NCBI GenBank assembly: GCA_010093745.1
Contig: MU006000.1
Location: forward strand, 1 to 64,000
Direction of reading: 5' to 3'
Source of the DNA: Piedraia hortae CBS 480.64
Lineage: Eukaryota
DNA length: 64,000 nt
Below are positions 10,675 to 22,851 of the stretch, in pieces (position 1 is the stretch's first letter; every line of letters begins with the position of its first letter). A program made the translations under genes and the position numbers. The notes under the pieces were generated by a model. It saw nothing but the letters and a program-made list of their open reading frames with translations, was not told where the DNA came from and did no database searches.

Positions 10675-13182
10675 TCAAAGAAACTTCCACCTGCCATCAA
10701 CCAACCTTTTCTGGACTAGTGGTCTGACCGCAACCGTAGCAATCCCTAGTGCGGCAACGGTCATGAGCATCTGGCCCTTGTTGAACTCGGTTCCCAGTAG
10801 ATCGAACTTGCCGCTAGGCGCCAATCTCGTTGTGAAGATATCCAAGCCGTAGGCAAAAATCAGCGATGCACTCTCCGCAATTGCGGGAGCAGCGAGCACA
10901 TCTTTAACTCCCAAAATGTCGCGGGAATGGCTGAGGTACCATTTGGGGTTGAATTCCAGAACTGGATTGTACCGCGTGAGGCCTTCGGACAACTCTTCCT
11001 TGGTAGGATCACGATGGACAGGCCGCCGTGGGTCGAGGGCTAAGAAGGGAATGCCGGCAATGGCGTGGGTATAGGGCAGAACCGCCAACAGTTGGCGAGA
11101 AGTAATGCCTTGTCTTGTTCGCGTTGCGGAGAGATGGGTAATCGGTTCTGGAACTTGGTATGCTTGTGTGATAATTACAGGATTGCCCTCGCTGCGTTGG
11201 TTTGGAATCAATGATTCAAAGGCCTCACCGATGACGAGTTGGTGGCCTTTAGTCTTGCCGTAGCTCGTGAATGAATACGTAAACCAGTTTTCGGTTACCA
11301 TGGCTGGCATAGGTGCGGCAGTGTCGACTTCTGTGTGTTGACGGCTCCAAAGCACCTGACCTGATAGGGTGTTTAGCAGAGTCGCCGTGATGCGGTCGTC
11401 ACCGGCGGTGATGATAATTGCCATGTTTGGGTCGAGGTATTTGTACAAAACTCGCCGGTCACCAAGCACTTTGCCAATGGAAGCAACAGGATCTTGTAGG
11501 TGGCGTGCACTGATGGTCTTGATGTTTTCCTCTGGAGCAAACGTCCACAGACTCGCATTGAAGCTCTGTGCCCGAATAGTATTGTCCCTAGATGTGAACG
11601 TTGTGGATGGACTGGATACGTCAATTAAGTGTTCCTCTCCCGTAGAGGCATCGTACTTGGTGCCAAAGACCTGCACGATACCTCCAGCCGGAGATGACAC
11701 TGTGGAATTTCGAACACTGAGTGGCCGACTCCAAAGAGTTTTCAGGTTCCCTCGGTCGAGTGCAATCAGTCTCTGTTCTGTAGCACATACAACGATGGGA
11801 TTGAAGCCCATTTTATCAGTGGGATCTTCGCTCTTCTCAAAGAAATGCCTCACAGCACCAGGCAGTCTCTCCAAATCCTTTACATGTCTCTTGACTCTGT
11901 GCACGTAGGCCGCAACAGCATTGCTGTGCGCTTCTTCCTCAATCTGGCTCTGCTGTTCAACTGTTTCGTTGAGCTGTACAAACGAGGCCGAGATCGTCTC
12001 TGCCAGAACCTCTGGTCTATGCCAAGACACATTACCATTTCGCAGCATGACCCAATCCCCCGTGCTCAACCAGACGGCGGAGCGCACGGCGGATACGACG
12101 TCTCCCCTGGTCGCAACTTCTGAGACGGCGTGCAAGGGGGACACGGTCTCATCTTTCCAAGCAACAACTCCAAGGTCGCCAACGTCCCACCGTCCCAAAG
12201 CCATCTCGCTCGTGGCCGAATAGACAAGCACCTCTTTCTCCGTAATTCTGGTGAAGAAGGTTTTTTCCGCGGCAGTGCTCGCTGCAAACGCTCCTTTTCC
12301 AACGACAACGGGCAGGGCGTAAGCCTTCTTGGCCTCGTTCCCGGTTACCGAGAAGACTTGTGCCCAATGCGAAACATCACTTTCAAAATGCACCAGAAAC
12401 GCGTCAGCGCCGCTGTGCAGTTTGACTTGCGTCACATCATCAGCACCATCGATCTTAAACAGTGCAGTCTTGCCCAATCCTAGCAGGTGGACCGCAAGCT
12501 GCTGCTTCTGCATCCAAACCGCAACGCTGCCCCTTCCCAGAACGACGTTGTCCGCACCAAGCGTCTCGTCAGCTTTCTTCTCCCCTGTCTCTGCATCCAA
12601 GGCAGTAGCTACCATGCCTCCACGCGCATGCGCAATGACAAATACGGTCCTGTCTGCAACCCTAATGTGCCTTACGTGGCCACTGATTCGCGAGGTCCAG
12701 ACGCGCAACCCATCCAAGGCTCCAAGTCTCTCTACCGTCCCATCACGCAGCGCAACGACGGGGTCCCCTCCATTTGTCGCCGCGAAGTCGACAATCTCAT
12801 CGTGTAGCGATGCTTTGAAAGCTAACCGTCCACTTGCCGCATCCCATGCGGCTAATCCGTGTCCGTGCGATCGTAAAACACTGTCTCGTCCCGGACGGAG
12901 GAGGCCTGGTCCCGCGTGAGGAGCAGTACCCACCGTGTTATCATCCCTTTGTCGCCATACGGCATCTCCGTTTTTTGGATTTATGGCGCCGAAGACTTGC
13001 TTTTCTGAGAGGGTGTACAGGAGGTTCGCAGGTGAGGCCGGTCGGGGCGGGGCGAAGAATGTGCTGTGCTCGAGTGGTGGACCGAAGAGTGCAAGGTGGC
13101 GGTCGAGGATGCCGACTTCGTCGCTGTGGATTCCGTTAACAGCGCCGCTTAGAAGGAGGAGCAGCGGAAAGACGACGTTCAT
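10675..13182 (-). CDS. EMC1: ER membrane protein complex subunit 1
   Basis: Signal peptide, PQQ-like beta-propeller N-terminus, VLGDRRVLYKYL and LDPRRP motifs, C-terminal FDLL..FNK followed by a TM helix; 835 aa. Confidence 0.93.
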   Translation of the reverse strand: MNVVFPLLLLLSGAVNGIHSDEVGILDRHLALFGPPLEHSTFFAPPRPASPANLLYTLSEKQVFGAINPKNGDAVWRQRDDNTVGTAPHAGPGLLRPGRDSVLRSHGHGLAAWDAASGRLAFKASLHDEIVDFAATNGGDPVVALRDGTVERLGALDGLRVWTSRISGHVRHIRVADRTVFVIAHARGGMVATALDAETGEKKADETLGADNVVLGRGSVAVWMQKQQLAVHLLGLGKTALFKIDGADDVTQVKLHSGADAFLVHFESDVSHWAQVFSVTGNEAKKAYALPVVVGKGAFAASTAAEKTFFTRITEKEVLVYSATSEMALGRWDVGDLGVVAWKDETVSPLHAVSEVATRGDVVSAVRSAVWLSTGDWVMLRNGNVSWHRPEVLAETISASFVQLNETVEQQSQIEEEAHSNAVAAYVHRVKRHVKDLERLPGAVRHFFEKSEDPTDKMGFNPIVVCATEQRLIALDRGNLKTLWSRPLSVRNSTVSSPAGGIVQVFGTKYDASTGEEHLIDVSSPSTTFTSRDNTIRAQSFNASLWTFAPEENIKTISARHLQDPVASIGKVLGDRRVLYKYLDPNMAIIITAGDDRITATLLNTLSGQVLWSRQHTEVDTAAPMPAMVTENWFTYSFTSYGKTKGHQLVIGEAFESLIPNQRSEGNPVIITQAYQVPEPITHLSATRTRQGITSRQLLAVLPYTHAIAGIPFLALDPRRPVHRDPTKEELSEGLTRYNPVLEFNPKWYLSHSRDILGVKDVLAAPAIAESASLIFAYGLDIFTTRLAPSGKFDLLGTEFNKGQMLMTVAALGIATVAVRPLVQKRLVDGRWKFL

Positions 13183-13442
13183 GATTCCCCCACTGTCGTC
13201 TTGCCGGCGGAGGTGAGGTCAATTTTAAGTTTGGCTAGAGATTGATAGGGTTGCTGCAGCTGGACTTCAGTTCATTAGAGTTGCTGGGTCAGATTGTTTC
13301 GAGCTCGAATCTGCGCAGTAATTGGTAGCTACGTGTAGGCAAAAGAACAGTCATCTTCGACCATTGCTGTATGTATCTTGCCTATGCTTCTGTATCCTGT
13401 TCTATGTCCATTATCCACTGGTATCTCATGTTCAAAGTCCCA

Positions 13443-15122
13443 TTACCAAACCTCCCACAACGCCGCCGGAATCATATCCCTCATCATCCACCAATGCCTC
13501 AATGCATTCTCCTCTTGCTGTGCCTTTACGTCCCCCTCTCCAACCCCATCTGCTGCGGGAAACTCCCTCTCCCACTCCTCCCTCGGAACGAGATATTTCC
13601 TTCTCATCCTACTCCCCAAGTAATCCCTCTCCGTCGGTTCCCTAAACCTCACCTCCGCACCAGGCTTATTCCTACAGAACACAACAAGATTCATGAAATC
13701 GCCCTCCTCCCCATCCCCATCCCTGAACAATCTACACTGTTCCTCCCACACCTTATATACCGTCCTCAACACCCTCTGCGTCATCTCCTGCTCCAACCTC
13801 CCCGCATAAAGCACCGCAACCGCCCCATCCGGCGCCATTAAACCGCGAAGCATCCCTAAAAACTCCTCCCCAAACAACCCCTCCGGCTCCGCCCCTCCCG
13901 TAAAAACATCATGAACGATATAATCAAACCCCCCTTCCTCCGCATCCGCCCGCCTCCTGACCCACCTCTTCGCATCCGCAACCTCCAGCCTAACCCCCAT
14001 CGGCAGACCAAAATACCCCCTCGCAAACCGCCCAACCACAGGATCAACCTCCACAACCGTCGTATCGATCCCATGCGCGTAAAGAGCCTTAGGCGCCGTC
14101 CCCGCCCCCAGACCTACCACAAGCGCGGTAGCGTCCCTAACCGCATCTCTCCTTCCAGCCTCCGTGTCAATCAACCTCACAGCCTCAAGAAGATGAAACG
14201 CCCCAAAGATACTCTCCTCGGTCCTCCACCCCTCGGCCCTTCGAGCGGGTGTGAGTAACCACTCTCCCCCAAGAAGCGAGTGATCCGCGCGCAGGACGCG
14301 ATAGCCGTTCTTGCTATCCTCCACTACGGAGACATATCCCGTCTTGGACCAGCTGCGGTCGAGTAGGGTGAGGTTGTGCGGGGAGAGGAGATGTGTTGCG
14401 ACTCCGGGGTTGACGTGCGGGTTCGCGAGAAAGGTGTGTAATACACCGGGCACGGCGAGGGTGAAGAGCCAGTACGGTTTTGTGTGGCTTGCGAGGGCTA
14501 GGAACCCCCCCTCGAGGAGTTGGAGGAGCGGTGGGGTAGGCATGCTTCGCGGAAGGTAGTGTGCGAAGAGCCATTGTAGGGGGCGGAGGAGGATGAACGT
14601 CAGGGCCATGGCGGGGAGGGTGGCGGCTGTCACTTGGCCGAGGGAGGTGGAGAGGTTGAGGGGTTCGAGGGTTTGGGCGATTGAGTAGGCTAAGAGGAAG
14701 GTCAGCGCGTGGCAGCTTAGGAAGCCTTGCGCAATGGGGCCGAGGATGGGGTCTTTAGTTGACTTGATGGTTGAGAGGAGCATTTGGAGGGCGGGCATCC
14801 AGACCATGTAGAGGGCGGTGTAGGGGGTGATGTCCGCTTGGGTCCATGGGGAGAGGAGGTTGCGCCAGACGTAGCCCAGGATGAAGGATGCAGTTAGGGT
14901 GCTGATGTGGTTGATGCTGCTTGGGAGAGAGCCGTAGACCGGAGCGAGGGTCAGTTGGGATATTTGACTGTTGAGTGCGATTATGACTACATAGGCGAAT
15001 GACCGGAGGATGATTGGGATTCGAGGATCCCTGGATGGAGTTGGTGGTGGTTGATTTTGCTTTTCCGAGTGAGTCGACTTTCCCTTGCGTGGGAGAGGAA
15101 CATTTTGTCGACCTTTTGCCAT
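13443..15122 (-). CDS. Membrane-anchored spermidine-synthase-like SAM-dependent methyltransferase
   Basis: Multi-TM N-terminus, RVLRADHSLLGG, ALVVGLGAG (motif I), VVEVDPVV, DYIVHDVFTGG. The ATG at 15122 is preferred over the GTG ORF start at 15185. Confidence 0.85.
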   Translation of the reverse strand: MAKGRQNVPLPRKGKSTHSEKQNQPPPTPSRDPRIPIILRSFAYVVIIALNSQISQLTLAPVYGSLPSSINHISTLTASFILGYVWRNLLSPWTQADITPYTALYMVWMPALQMLLSTIKSTKDPILGPIAQGFLSCHALTFLLAYSIAQTLEPLNLSTSLGQVTAATLPAMALTFILLRPLQWLFAHYLPRSMPTPPLLQLLEGGFLALASHTKPYWLFTLAVPGVLHTFLANPHVNPGVATHLLSPHNLTLLDRSWSKTGYVSVVEDSKNGYRVLRADHSLLGGEWLLTPARRAEGWRTEESIFGAFHLLEAVRLIDTEAGRRDAVRDATALVVGLGAGTAPKALYAHGIDTTVVEVDPVVGRFARGYFGLPMGVRLEVADAKRWVRRRADAEEGGFDYIVHDVFTGGAEPEGLFGEEFLGMLRGLMAPDGAVAVLYAGRLEQEMTQRVLRTVYKVWEEQCRLFRDGDGEEGDFMNLVVFCRNKPGAEVRFREPTERDYLGSRMRRKYLVPREEWEREFPAADGVGEGDVKAQQEENALRHWWMMRDMIPAALWEVW

Positions 15123-15311
15123 TCCGAGCTGGTATATCGGGAAAGCTTTTCCTGCTCCCCGGACCAATCGCGTGTCATCGTCCACGCTAGGCTACTCCCG
15201 CTGTCCTATTTGGGGGGAGCGTTGCCCCGCCAACGATTTTGACAGCTCCAACAGCGCATCACATTTTCCAGCGTGATGTCAGACGGACACTGTCAGTAGT
15301 AGATTCTAACA

Positions 15312-16913
15312 ATGCCTCCGCAGGGGTATGGAAAGCGGTCTCACCAGATATGTGAGGTTTTCTGGTTCAGTACCAGCCAGATTGACGACGATCATCCCAA
15401 CAAAAACACGGGAAATGCACTTGCTGAGCGGGAACTGAATATCGTTGCAAATGAGAAAGTCGCCAAGAAGGATGACAGATCAGCTAAGAAAGATAAGCCT
15501 GTCAAGGAAGATAAACCAGTCAAGAAAGATAAACCCGTCAAGAAAGATGTCGAAGCCAAGGAAGACAATATGCGCACCCTAGAGAAGGAGGCCAAAGCCA
15601 TGCAAGACAAATCATTAAACCATACTATCGGTAAACCAGAGGAGGAACAAACCATCCCCACACTGTATGAGCCACCGGTCAAAGCTTTACCACGCATGGC
15701 CGCCCAACACAGTCTTCCGACACCGGACCAACCTTCGCAAGAAAAAGCCTCCGTAAGCTCCGGCGGCATCGAAGCCCTCATAAAGAAACTCGACACTGTC
15801 ACAATATCCCCAGCTGATATCTACAAAGAACACTGCCAGCCGGTGTTATCCCATACCACCCACCGCATCCGCACATTCCACACATGGGGCACCTCTCTCG
15901 CGAAGTACTTCACCTTGACCAAAATAGCCGAAGCATCCTTTGGCGAAGTGTACCGTCTGACGCATCCGTCATCAGCGGGAAGTTCAATCCTCAAATTGAT
16001 CCCCCTAACACCACCCCCGAACGTCCATTGCGAAATACCTAAAGAGCACATGACGCCCCCTAGTGGCGTCGCTCGAGAAATATCCCTCCTTCAATGCATG
16101 TGTCCCATCCCGGGATTTACCTGTTTCCGCGACGTGCGTGTTCTACAAGGCATACCGTCATTAAACTTCATCAAAGCATTTGACACCTTCCGCGAAACTC
16201 AGGACGAGAATGAAAGCGAGCTCCCGCACCCGCTAAATGTCCCTTCCAACCAGCTCTGGGCGGTGATTGAGATGGCTGACGCGGGACCCGATCTAGAGGA
16301 TCTCATTGACGCGGAGCGCACGCGCAACATCTTCGTTATTTGGGAGATTTTTTGGCAGATTGTTCTTGGACTGGCTAAGGGGGAGCGCGTCGCTGGGTTT
16401 GAACATAGGGATCTTCATTTGGGGAATGTTTGTGTCAAGGGGAACTTGGAGCCGCCGCAGCAGATGAAGTCCAAGTTGCGGTTTACGGACATTGAGGTCA
16501 CGTTGATTGATTACACTGTTTCGAGATGCGTGCTTGAGGGTGAGGAGGTGGTCTACTCGGACCTCGCAAAGGAGGAATACGCCTACCTCTTCGATGGAGA
16601 TGCGGAGTGTCATATGCAGTACGAGATTTACAGACTCATGCGTGGCGCACTGGATAAGGAAGAGTGGGAGCGATTTACGCCCGTTACGAACGTCGTCTGG
16701 CTGTACTATATCCTGCACTGTCTCATGGCCCAAGTCGGGCCGTGCAAGGGCATGTCCAAGACTATGCAGTCAAAAGGGAGAGGTCTGAAGGCTACGTTGA
16801 ATAAAGTACAGACGATGATTCATGTAAAGCACCGCAAAGTCCAGTCTGCGAGTGAACTGGTGGCCATGTCTCTGAGCGAAAAATGGCTTGATGAAGAAGA
16901 CGTTATTAGCTAG
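15312..16913 (+). CDS. Haspin-family protein kinase (Alk1/Alk2-like)
   Basis: KIAEASFGEVY, FEHRDLHLGNV and the haspin-specific IDYTVSR (DYT instead of DFG), QYEIYRLMR; short KKDKPV repeats near the N-terminus. Confidence 0.88.
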   Translation: MPPQGYGKRSHQICEVFWFSTSQIDDDHPNKNTGNALAERELNIVANEKVAKKDDRSAKKDKPVKEDKPVKKDKPVKKDVEAKEDNMRTLEKEAKAMQDKSLNHTIGKPEEEQTIPTLYEPPVKALPRMAAQHSLPTPDQPSQEKASVSSGGIEALIKKLDTVTISPADIYKEHCQPVLSHTTHRIRTFHTWGTSLAKYFTLTKIAEASFGEVYRLTHPSSAGSSILKLIPLTPPPNVHCEIPKEHMTPPSGVAREISLLQCMCPIPGFTCFRDVRVLQGIPSLNFIKAFDTFRETQDENESELPHPLNVPSNQLWAVIEMADAGPDLEDLIDAERTRNIFVIWEIFWQIVLGLAKGERVAGFEHRDLHLGNVCVKGNLEPPQQMKSKLRFTDIEVTLIDYTVSRCVLEGEEVVYSDLAKEEYAYLFDGDAECHMQYEIYRLMRGALDKEEWERFTPVTNVVWLYYILHCLMAQVGPCKGMSKTMQSKGRGLKATLNKVQTMIHVKHRKVQSASELVAMSLSEKWLDEEDVIS

Positions 16914-16954
16914 TCATAGATGACTTGATGAGCTAGACACAGAAGACTAATGAG

Positions 16955-17933
16955 CTAGAGGACCATATCCTCGTCTTCATCCTGCGGTTTACTGTTCGCA
17001 GCGTCCCAGTAATCGGCCATTTCGGCGTCGAGTTCTTGCTCCGTCTTCATCGGTCGACGTTCCTGTCCCTGATTCCGTCCATGACCCCGTCCTCCTCGCG
17101 GCCGTCTAAGCGGCGATCTCGACCGCGAGAAGTTTTTTCGGGGCACATAGCGATCGATGTTCCTCCCGCGCGGCAGATCCATCCTCTCAAACAGACTACG
17201 TTGAGGGCGTTCCCTAGCGCGACCCACCGGTCCCGTCGGGACGATGGTGATGCTTATCGGCTGTCCATTGGCGTTTTGTCCGTCAAAGTCCGCCATGGCG
17301 GCACGCGCATCCCGCGCATCGTCGTAAGTCACAAAAGCCGTGCCTTCGCTACGGTCCTGTCGGTCATACATCAACCGCACCGACCGCACGGGGCCCTTGC
17401 GCTCGAACAATCCCTACAAATGTCAACACTTCCCCCCATGAGAGCTCTTGCACTCAAATACATACGCGCAACTCGTCCTCGGTAAGATCATAATGGATAT
17501 TATCGACGCGCAGCTTCGTCCCGTAGTCTTCCTCCTCCCTCCGCCGTCGGCTCGGGCGCTGCTCGAATCCATACGGACTAGGGCGGCGACGGGGGTACTG
17601 CTGCTGTTCATCGAAGCGGTCGTGGACCCAGTCGCTAGATTCCCCGTCAGTCCTGTTGTTACATACAGATCAACCGGTGACCAACTTACGAGTCCAAGTC
17701 CATCCGTTCCTCGCGGTTCTGTCCGTGTTAGTGTTTCCATTCTCCCGGGCTGGTTAAGGCGCTTCGGCGCGTGCCTTGCGGTGGTAAAAGTCGTCCCGGC
17801 GCGGTCGCATCGGTCCTCGTGCCTGGTAGCCTCCTCGACGGGGTGCACCGGCCTGTGAATAACTGTTAGTGTGGATCGGTTGCCGACGGATGGAGAGACC
17901 AACAGAGATAATCTCGTCTAGACTGCGGTCCAT
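16955..17933 (-). CDS. Yra1/ALYREF-like RRM mRNA export adaptor (introns 17853-17903, 17719-17774 GC-AG, 17635-17689, 17414-17465)
   Basis: N-terminal MDRSLDEII, DWVHDRF motif, RRM (KLRVDNIHYDLTEDEL...RSEGTAFVTY) and C-terminal KTEQELDAEMADYW; all four introns join in frame. Confidence 0.85.
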
Positions 17934-20297
17934 AGCAATATTTGTTGCTGTTGTTGTGGCTGCTGCGCTGATCGTCGCAGATGCGAGCCATGTGGGTAGG
18001 GCCTGTGGTTGGTGGGAAATTCTCGGGGCGTATGCAGACATAAAACGGTTGCTGACTCAGCATTCTGTCTGCCTGGGCGTCTGGCGTGTCGCTAGGGCCT
18101 TTGCTCTGGCGACCACGCTCGAGAATTTGGCCTACTGATGGCAATTGCCAGTATTCGGCGAAGATAGTGGACTTAGAGATAGGCATTGGGTCGATGGTCA
18201 ATGGCCATTGGCCATTGGCAAGTAACTTGGCTGCAACAGCAGCAGAGATAACTATGGACAACATGACTAAGGAGCCGAAATCGCTCTTTTCCTTTCTCAG
18301 TTAACAACGGTTCGCGTGCTATTATATCAGCCGTGAGGAGTTTACAGTTTGTCGGATGTCCCTATGCCAACGAGCCACTTCCACTTGAGCACGGCAGAGA
18401 CGTTGTCGGTCCCTTAAAGTACCTGCAGAACATACATAAGCTTGAGCGAAACTTTGTTTCAAGTACGCCGTGGTACTCAAGGTTGAAACCCGCTCTACGG
18501 CCTCGAAGCCACCAACAAAGGCACTAATCGATTATGCCTATTCACTCTCAGCTCCATTTAATTGCCGTGGCAAGAATCTCTTTTTAACCCTTCCCTTTGC
18601 ATTGTCGGGAAAATTTCCACCAATGGCCAAAAGGTTCATGTTTACTCAGATGATCACGTTCATAATGATGAAGTCGAAGTGAAATATTCCAAACTTGATG
18701 TCACAGCAGAGCAAATTGTTCACAGGTCCATCGTTTTGGCCTGAATCAGTTCTATTCGCCAATGTGAAGGGGTTATGCCTGACATTTGACAAGTGGGAGT
18801 GGTTGTTCTCTTTTAACCGCAGCAATACATCAAAACACTGCGAAAACGAAGTTTACACATATTCAATCCCTAGCTTTTGAGTTGAGGATAGACTTAAAGT
18901 GTGGGAAGAGGTATAAAGTCAATCGCGTAAGCTTGCCAATTGAAGTTTAACCGTCATTGACAACTCTGGGTTAAAGCAAATTGAGCTCGTAGATTTTGGT
19001 TACCAAGTGATATACCCTTGACTAAATGCCCCGATGTGAAGGGCTTCTCGGGCAGGAAAACTCGTTGCAGCTGTGTGGCTCAACTTCACCAGGACACCTT
19101 GATTTAACCAACAGTATCGGCCAAACTGATGGAGGTCTGCCGGAGACATTGGTGTTGAATGCCACTCACTCAGCTCGACCATATGACAAACATATAGGCT
19201 GTAAAGTCATTCGCCCTGGATCACGGAAACCTCTGATTGGCCAGAAAACCCCGCCAGTCTCTGGAATCGATGCGGCAGGAGCAGATTTGCACACCCACTA
19301 GCGTCCGACAGTGACCGGTCGATCAACTCGACGTTATGAAGCCGGCAACCCACAAAAGAATGATCAAGCCATGGTAAAGATGTAATTACATGATGATTGG
19401 GCCGTCAGCAAGGCTCCGGCACGAAAATCTTGATGCCCCCACACGAAGACTCAACCTGAGCATCAAATCCGCTCGAGCCTGGCTCGAACATGCATGCTAA
19501 TGCGGTAAGAAATAGAGTGTCTACTTCTCAAGCCTGGCTCCCGGTTTCACATCGCGAGGCTCACGGTGGTGTCAAGCATCGTCACTAACGCGTATGCGGG
19601 ACATTGCGCAGCCACGCCTCGAAGATCAGCAACTGTATTGTCCTTCCTGAGATTTCCTCAAGATCAAGCTGCATTCGCCATGGGGAATGCGTCTTGCTGT
19701 TGTTGGTCATCCACGAACCAACATGATGTAAGGCTCGTATGTATGTCTCACTTGGGCAATATATATTCCCTGATGCTCCCTCGTGGAGGTACTCGAACCC
19801 ACCAGAAATACCTCTTTTTCATCGATCTCCATCTGTTGGTACTTCCTTTTAGCATAGTTCAGCCTTTGCACCCCACCCACAACATCGCCATCCAAGCTTC
19901 CAGTCCCTGCGCAATGCAGTCGCAAGAATGAAGCAAAGCATCGCCACCTCTGCAAAGCAACAGCGTATTTCCCAATGAAGAGTACCCACCCTACGAAATG
20001 CATTCTCAAGCACGAAAGCCCAAACGCGCGCTTTCGGAAGGATGATGACTGCATTGACCTTATCGCGGATGCCGCAGGTCACCCCCTCCCCCCCACCCCC
20101 TCCCAATTGCTTTTTATGGTGGCTTGGAACTAGTAAGCGGCTTTACAGCAACGTCCTGATCTCCCGAATGCTGATGAAGGCCTGTACATCAGTTGCCGCC
20201 CGTGGTGAAGCTGACATGCAATGTGGAAAAAGGAATTGAGTCGTCGGAGGGAATCGTCCCCGACCTGCGCTCGTTCCTCGGACTGAGTCCAGTAGTG

Positions 20298-20510
20298 ATG
20301 GTGGGTGTTCCCGACTCGGATAGTTTCCTAGATTGCCAACGCAGGTACTCGATCCGCGAGGACAGTGGTTCTCTGCGAGGTACGAGCTGTAAGAGGTGTT
20401 GAAATCTTGGGAGACGGCCATGGTGGATGTTTCCATCTCGGACAGTTTCCTAGACTGCGTACGCAGGTACTTGATCCGCGAGAACGCTCTGCAAGGAACG
20501 AGCTGTAGGA
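20298..20510. repeat. Imperfect direct repeat, two ~95-bp copies (20298-20394, 20420-20510)
   Basis: Shared tcgga(t/c)agtttcctaga..., acgcaggtact(c/t)gatccgcgag and acgagctgta. Confidence 0.8.
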
Positions 20511-20577
20511 AAATCATGAAATCATCCTCAATAAGTCTTTCCTCATTAGATTATGCACATAGTATAAACCAGCTCCA

Positions 20578-22851
20578 TCAGGTTACCCAAAAGATGCCCA
20601 GCGAAATCATGAGGCACATTAGTAACACCTCCGCCCAGTCTAAACCCGCAACACGAGCTCCAACGCCCAAGAAAGGCTCGGGCGATTCTATTGAAGAGGA
20701 TGCAGATGCTGATGATGACCCTGTACCCTCTGGGCCAGCGCTCGCACCCGTAGCCGATCCTGGGATGACTGATATCCCTAGCAATGTGACGACTTCTTGG
20801 GTGTCCACCACCGTGCTGGTGACTGTGGATGAAGAGCCTCCTGCCCATGTGGCATGGAGGACGGTTTCGGTCGTCGCTGTGTTTGTTGATGTGGATGTAG
20901 CAGTCGCGGAAACCAGGACTGCCACGCCATTTGCAGTCACAGTCACGACTTTAGCGTTGGGAAGGCTTTTGATTGCGTCGCTGACTTTTGAGGGTAGCTC
21001 GGAGAGCTCGACAACCATTTGTGTAGTCGTGGACGTGGCGACGGGGATGACTATTGCCTCGGTAATGGTTCGAGAACCTTGAACAGATACAGTGGTTTGC
21101 GTACTGTAGCTGATAATGGTCGAGGTAAGCGGCTTCAAACCAGGAGAATCTCCGTTTCCAGACCCTTGACCAGTTGCAATGGTGCTGTAGAGGGTTGTGT
21201 AAGTGGTTGCCTCATTTTCGGACACTGTCTCGCTCTGCCCAGCGCTTGAAGTTGTCGATGGTGAAGTGCTGATGAAACGGATACTTGAGGAGGATGATAT
21301 TTCCCCCGTTGCCGTGAGAGGTTTGGTTGTTTGATTCGTAATCACGGCCGGCGCCGACGATAATGTGCTAACCAACTCGGACGTGGGTTTGAACGAAGTG
21401 ATTGTTGCTTTGGGGCTTGATGTTTTTGTTTCCGAAGTCGGGACTAGAGATGAGATGGTTATGGTTGTAACTGGAGATTGTGTCGCGGACAATGAAGTGG
21501 TGGAGTGTGTATTCATACTTGTTGAAGATTGAGCTTGAGATGGCAGTGAACTTGTGCGCTCTAGCGTCGATCGCGAAGTAACGGTCAGGGTTGACGTAAT
21601 CTTTGCTGCCGAGGAGGAAGTAGTAGAGTTTTGACCTTTTGTTTGAGACAAGTAAGAGCTTGTGCTCTCCCACGTCGATGGCGAAGTGACCGTCAACGTT
21701 GATGTGAGATTTTTCGCCGAAGAGGAGGCTGTATTTTCTGGACCTGCCAGATAGGAATGCGAAGAGGAAGAGGTAGAGACTGGGATACTCGTAGGAAATT
21801 GTAATGGAGACGAGTATGAAGTCTTGCTTTTAGATGTTGACGGGAAAGTGGCGGTCGTCGTGGCAATTGTTGTAGAATTCGCGGACGAAGAGGATGTTGA
21901 AGAGTCCGGACCAGCGTCTGATGAAGATGACGTTTGGGATAGCGATGAAGTAGTGTCCACTTGCAAGCTGGTACTCTTCTTGGTCGACTGTGGAGTGAAA
22001 GCGGTATACGTTGTCGTAGATGGGGTTATTGGTGCTGTAGACAATTCACTCGAAGTCTGTGCTTGGGTGGAAGATGTAGAAGATGTACTGCTTTTCACCT
22101 CTGAGCTCGAGCTTTGTGAAGTGGAATGGGAAGTTGAAGTCTCACTAAGTAAGGCCGATTGGGTGGAGTTCGGAAAACTTGTTGAATTGAATGGGCGCTG
22201 CTGCCTTTTCGACAGGGTCTGTGATGGTGCCACATAGGTCGGTGCAATTTGAGGCGTGGCGGAAGTCATTGAAATCGAGCAGCTGCCGAGCGGTATGCCA
22301 TCGAGCCCTTGTACATAGTCCACCAAGCCATCAGGCAGGGTAGTTCCCGTAGGTTTCGAATATACCATCGGCTGCGCAAAGGGTACCATACTCATCGCAC
22401 TGTCTCCGTTCGTTGTGGCTGCATCAAAGCCTAGGTACTCGACATAGGTTGATCCGTAGGTCCTGGAGCAAAGTTAGAGAACATTCAAACTGTACCTCCA
22501 AAAGTACATACAGCTCGTGACCATGGTAGCTCATCGTAGGAATTTCACCTTCGTGGAAGGTTGATGCATACGGCAAGGGCTCCTGAGTACCATACATGTT
22601 GACAATACTGGTCATCGTTGCAGTATTATTGAAAACATGGAGGACTGGCGTTACGATCAGTGTAGCTTGTATCGGAGCTGGAAGTGCTATCACATTTGTT
22701 GCAAGTCGAAGAGTGCATGACGGTGTGGAGGCGTTGACTTGGAATTGTTAGCTTGAAGGCCATCCCGACGAGTGAACATACGCAGCGCAAGACCGGCTGA
22801 CAATGGCAAAAAAATCGCGAGGGTGGTCGCGGTTAGCCAGGGTAGATGCAT
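20578..22851 (-). CDS. Ser/Thr-rich, probably GPI-anchored mucin-like cell-wall protein (introns 22738-22781, 22463-22511)
   Basis: Spliced N-terminus MHLPWLTATTLAIFLPLSAGLAL looks like a signal peptide; long S/T tract; hydrophobic C-terminal tail after small residues. Both introns keep the frame. Confidence 0.8.

Noticed and set aside
8695..13216. Long antisense or overlapping ORFs opposite the Arg-rich gene and EMC1
   Set aside because: Shadow frames of GC-rich coding sequence with no recognisable motifs.
18300..20250. Cluster of short ORFs (similar clusters at 6800-8400 and 25300-26500)
   Set aside because: No recognisable motifs, repeats or coherent frame; may be old pseudogene debris.
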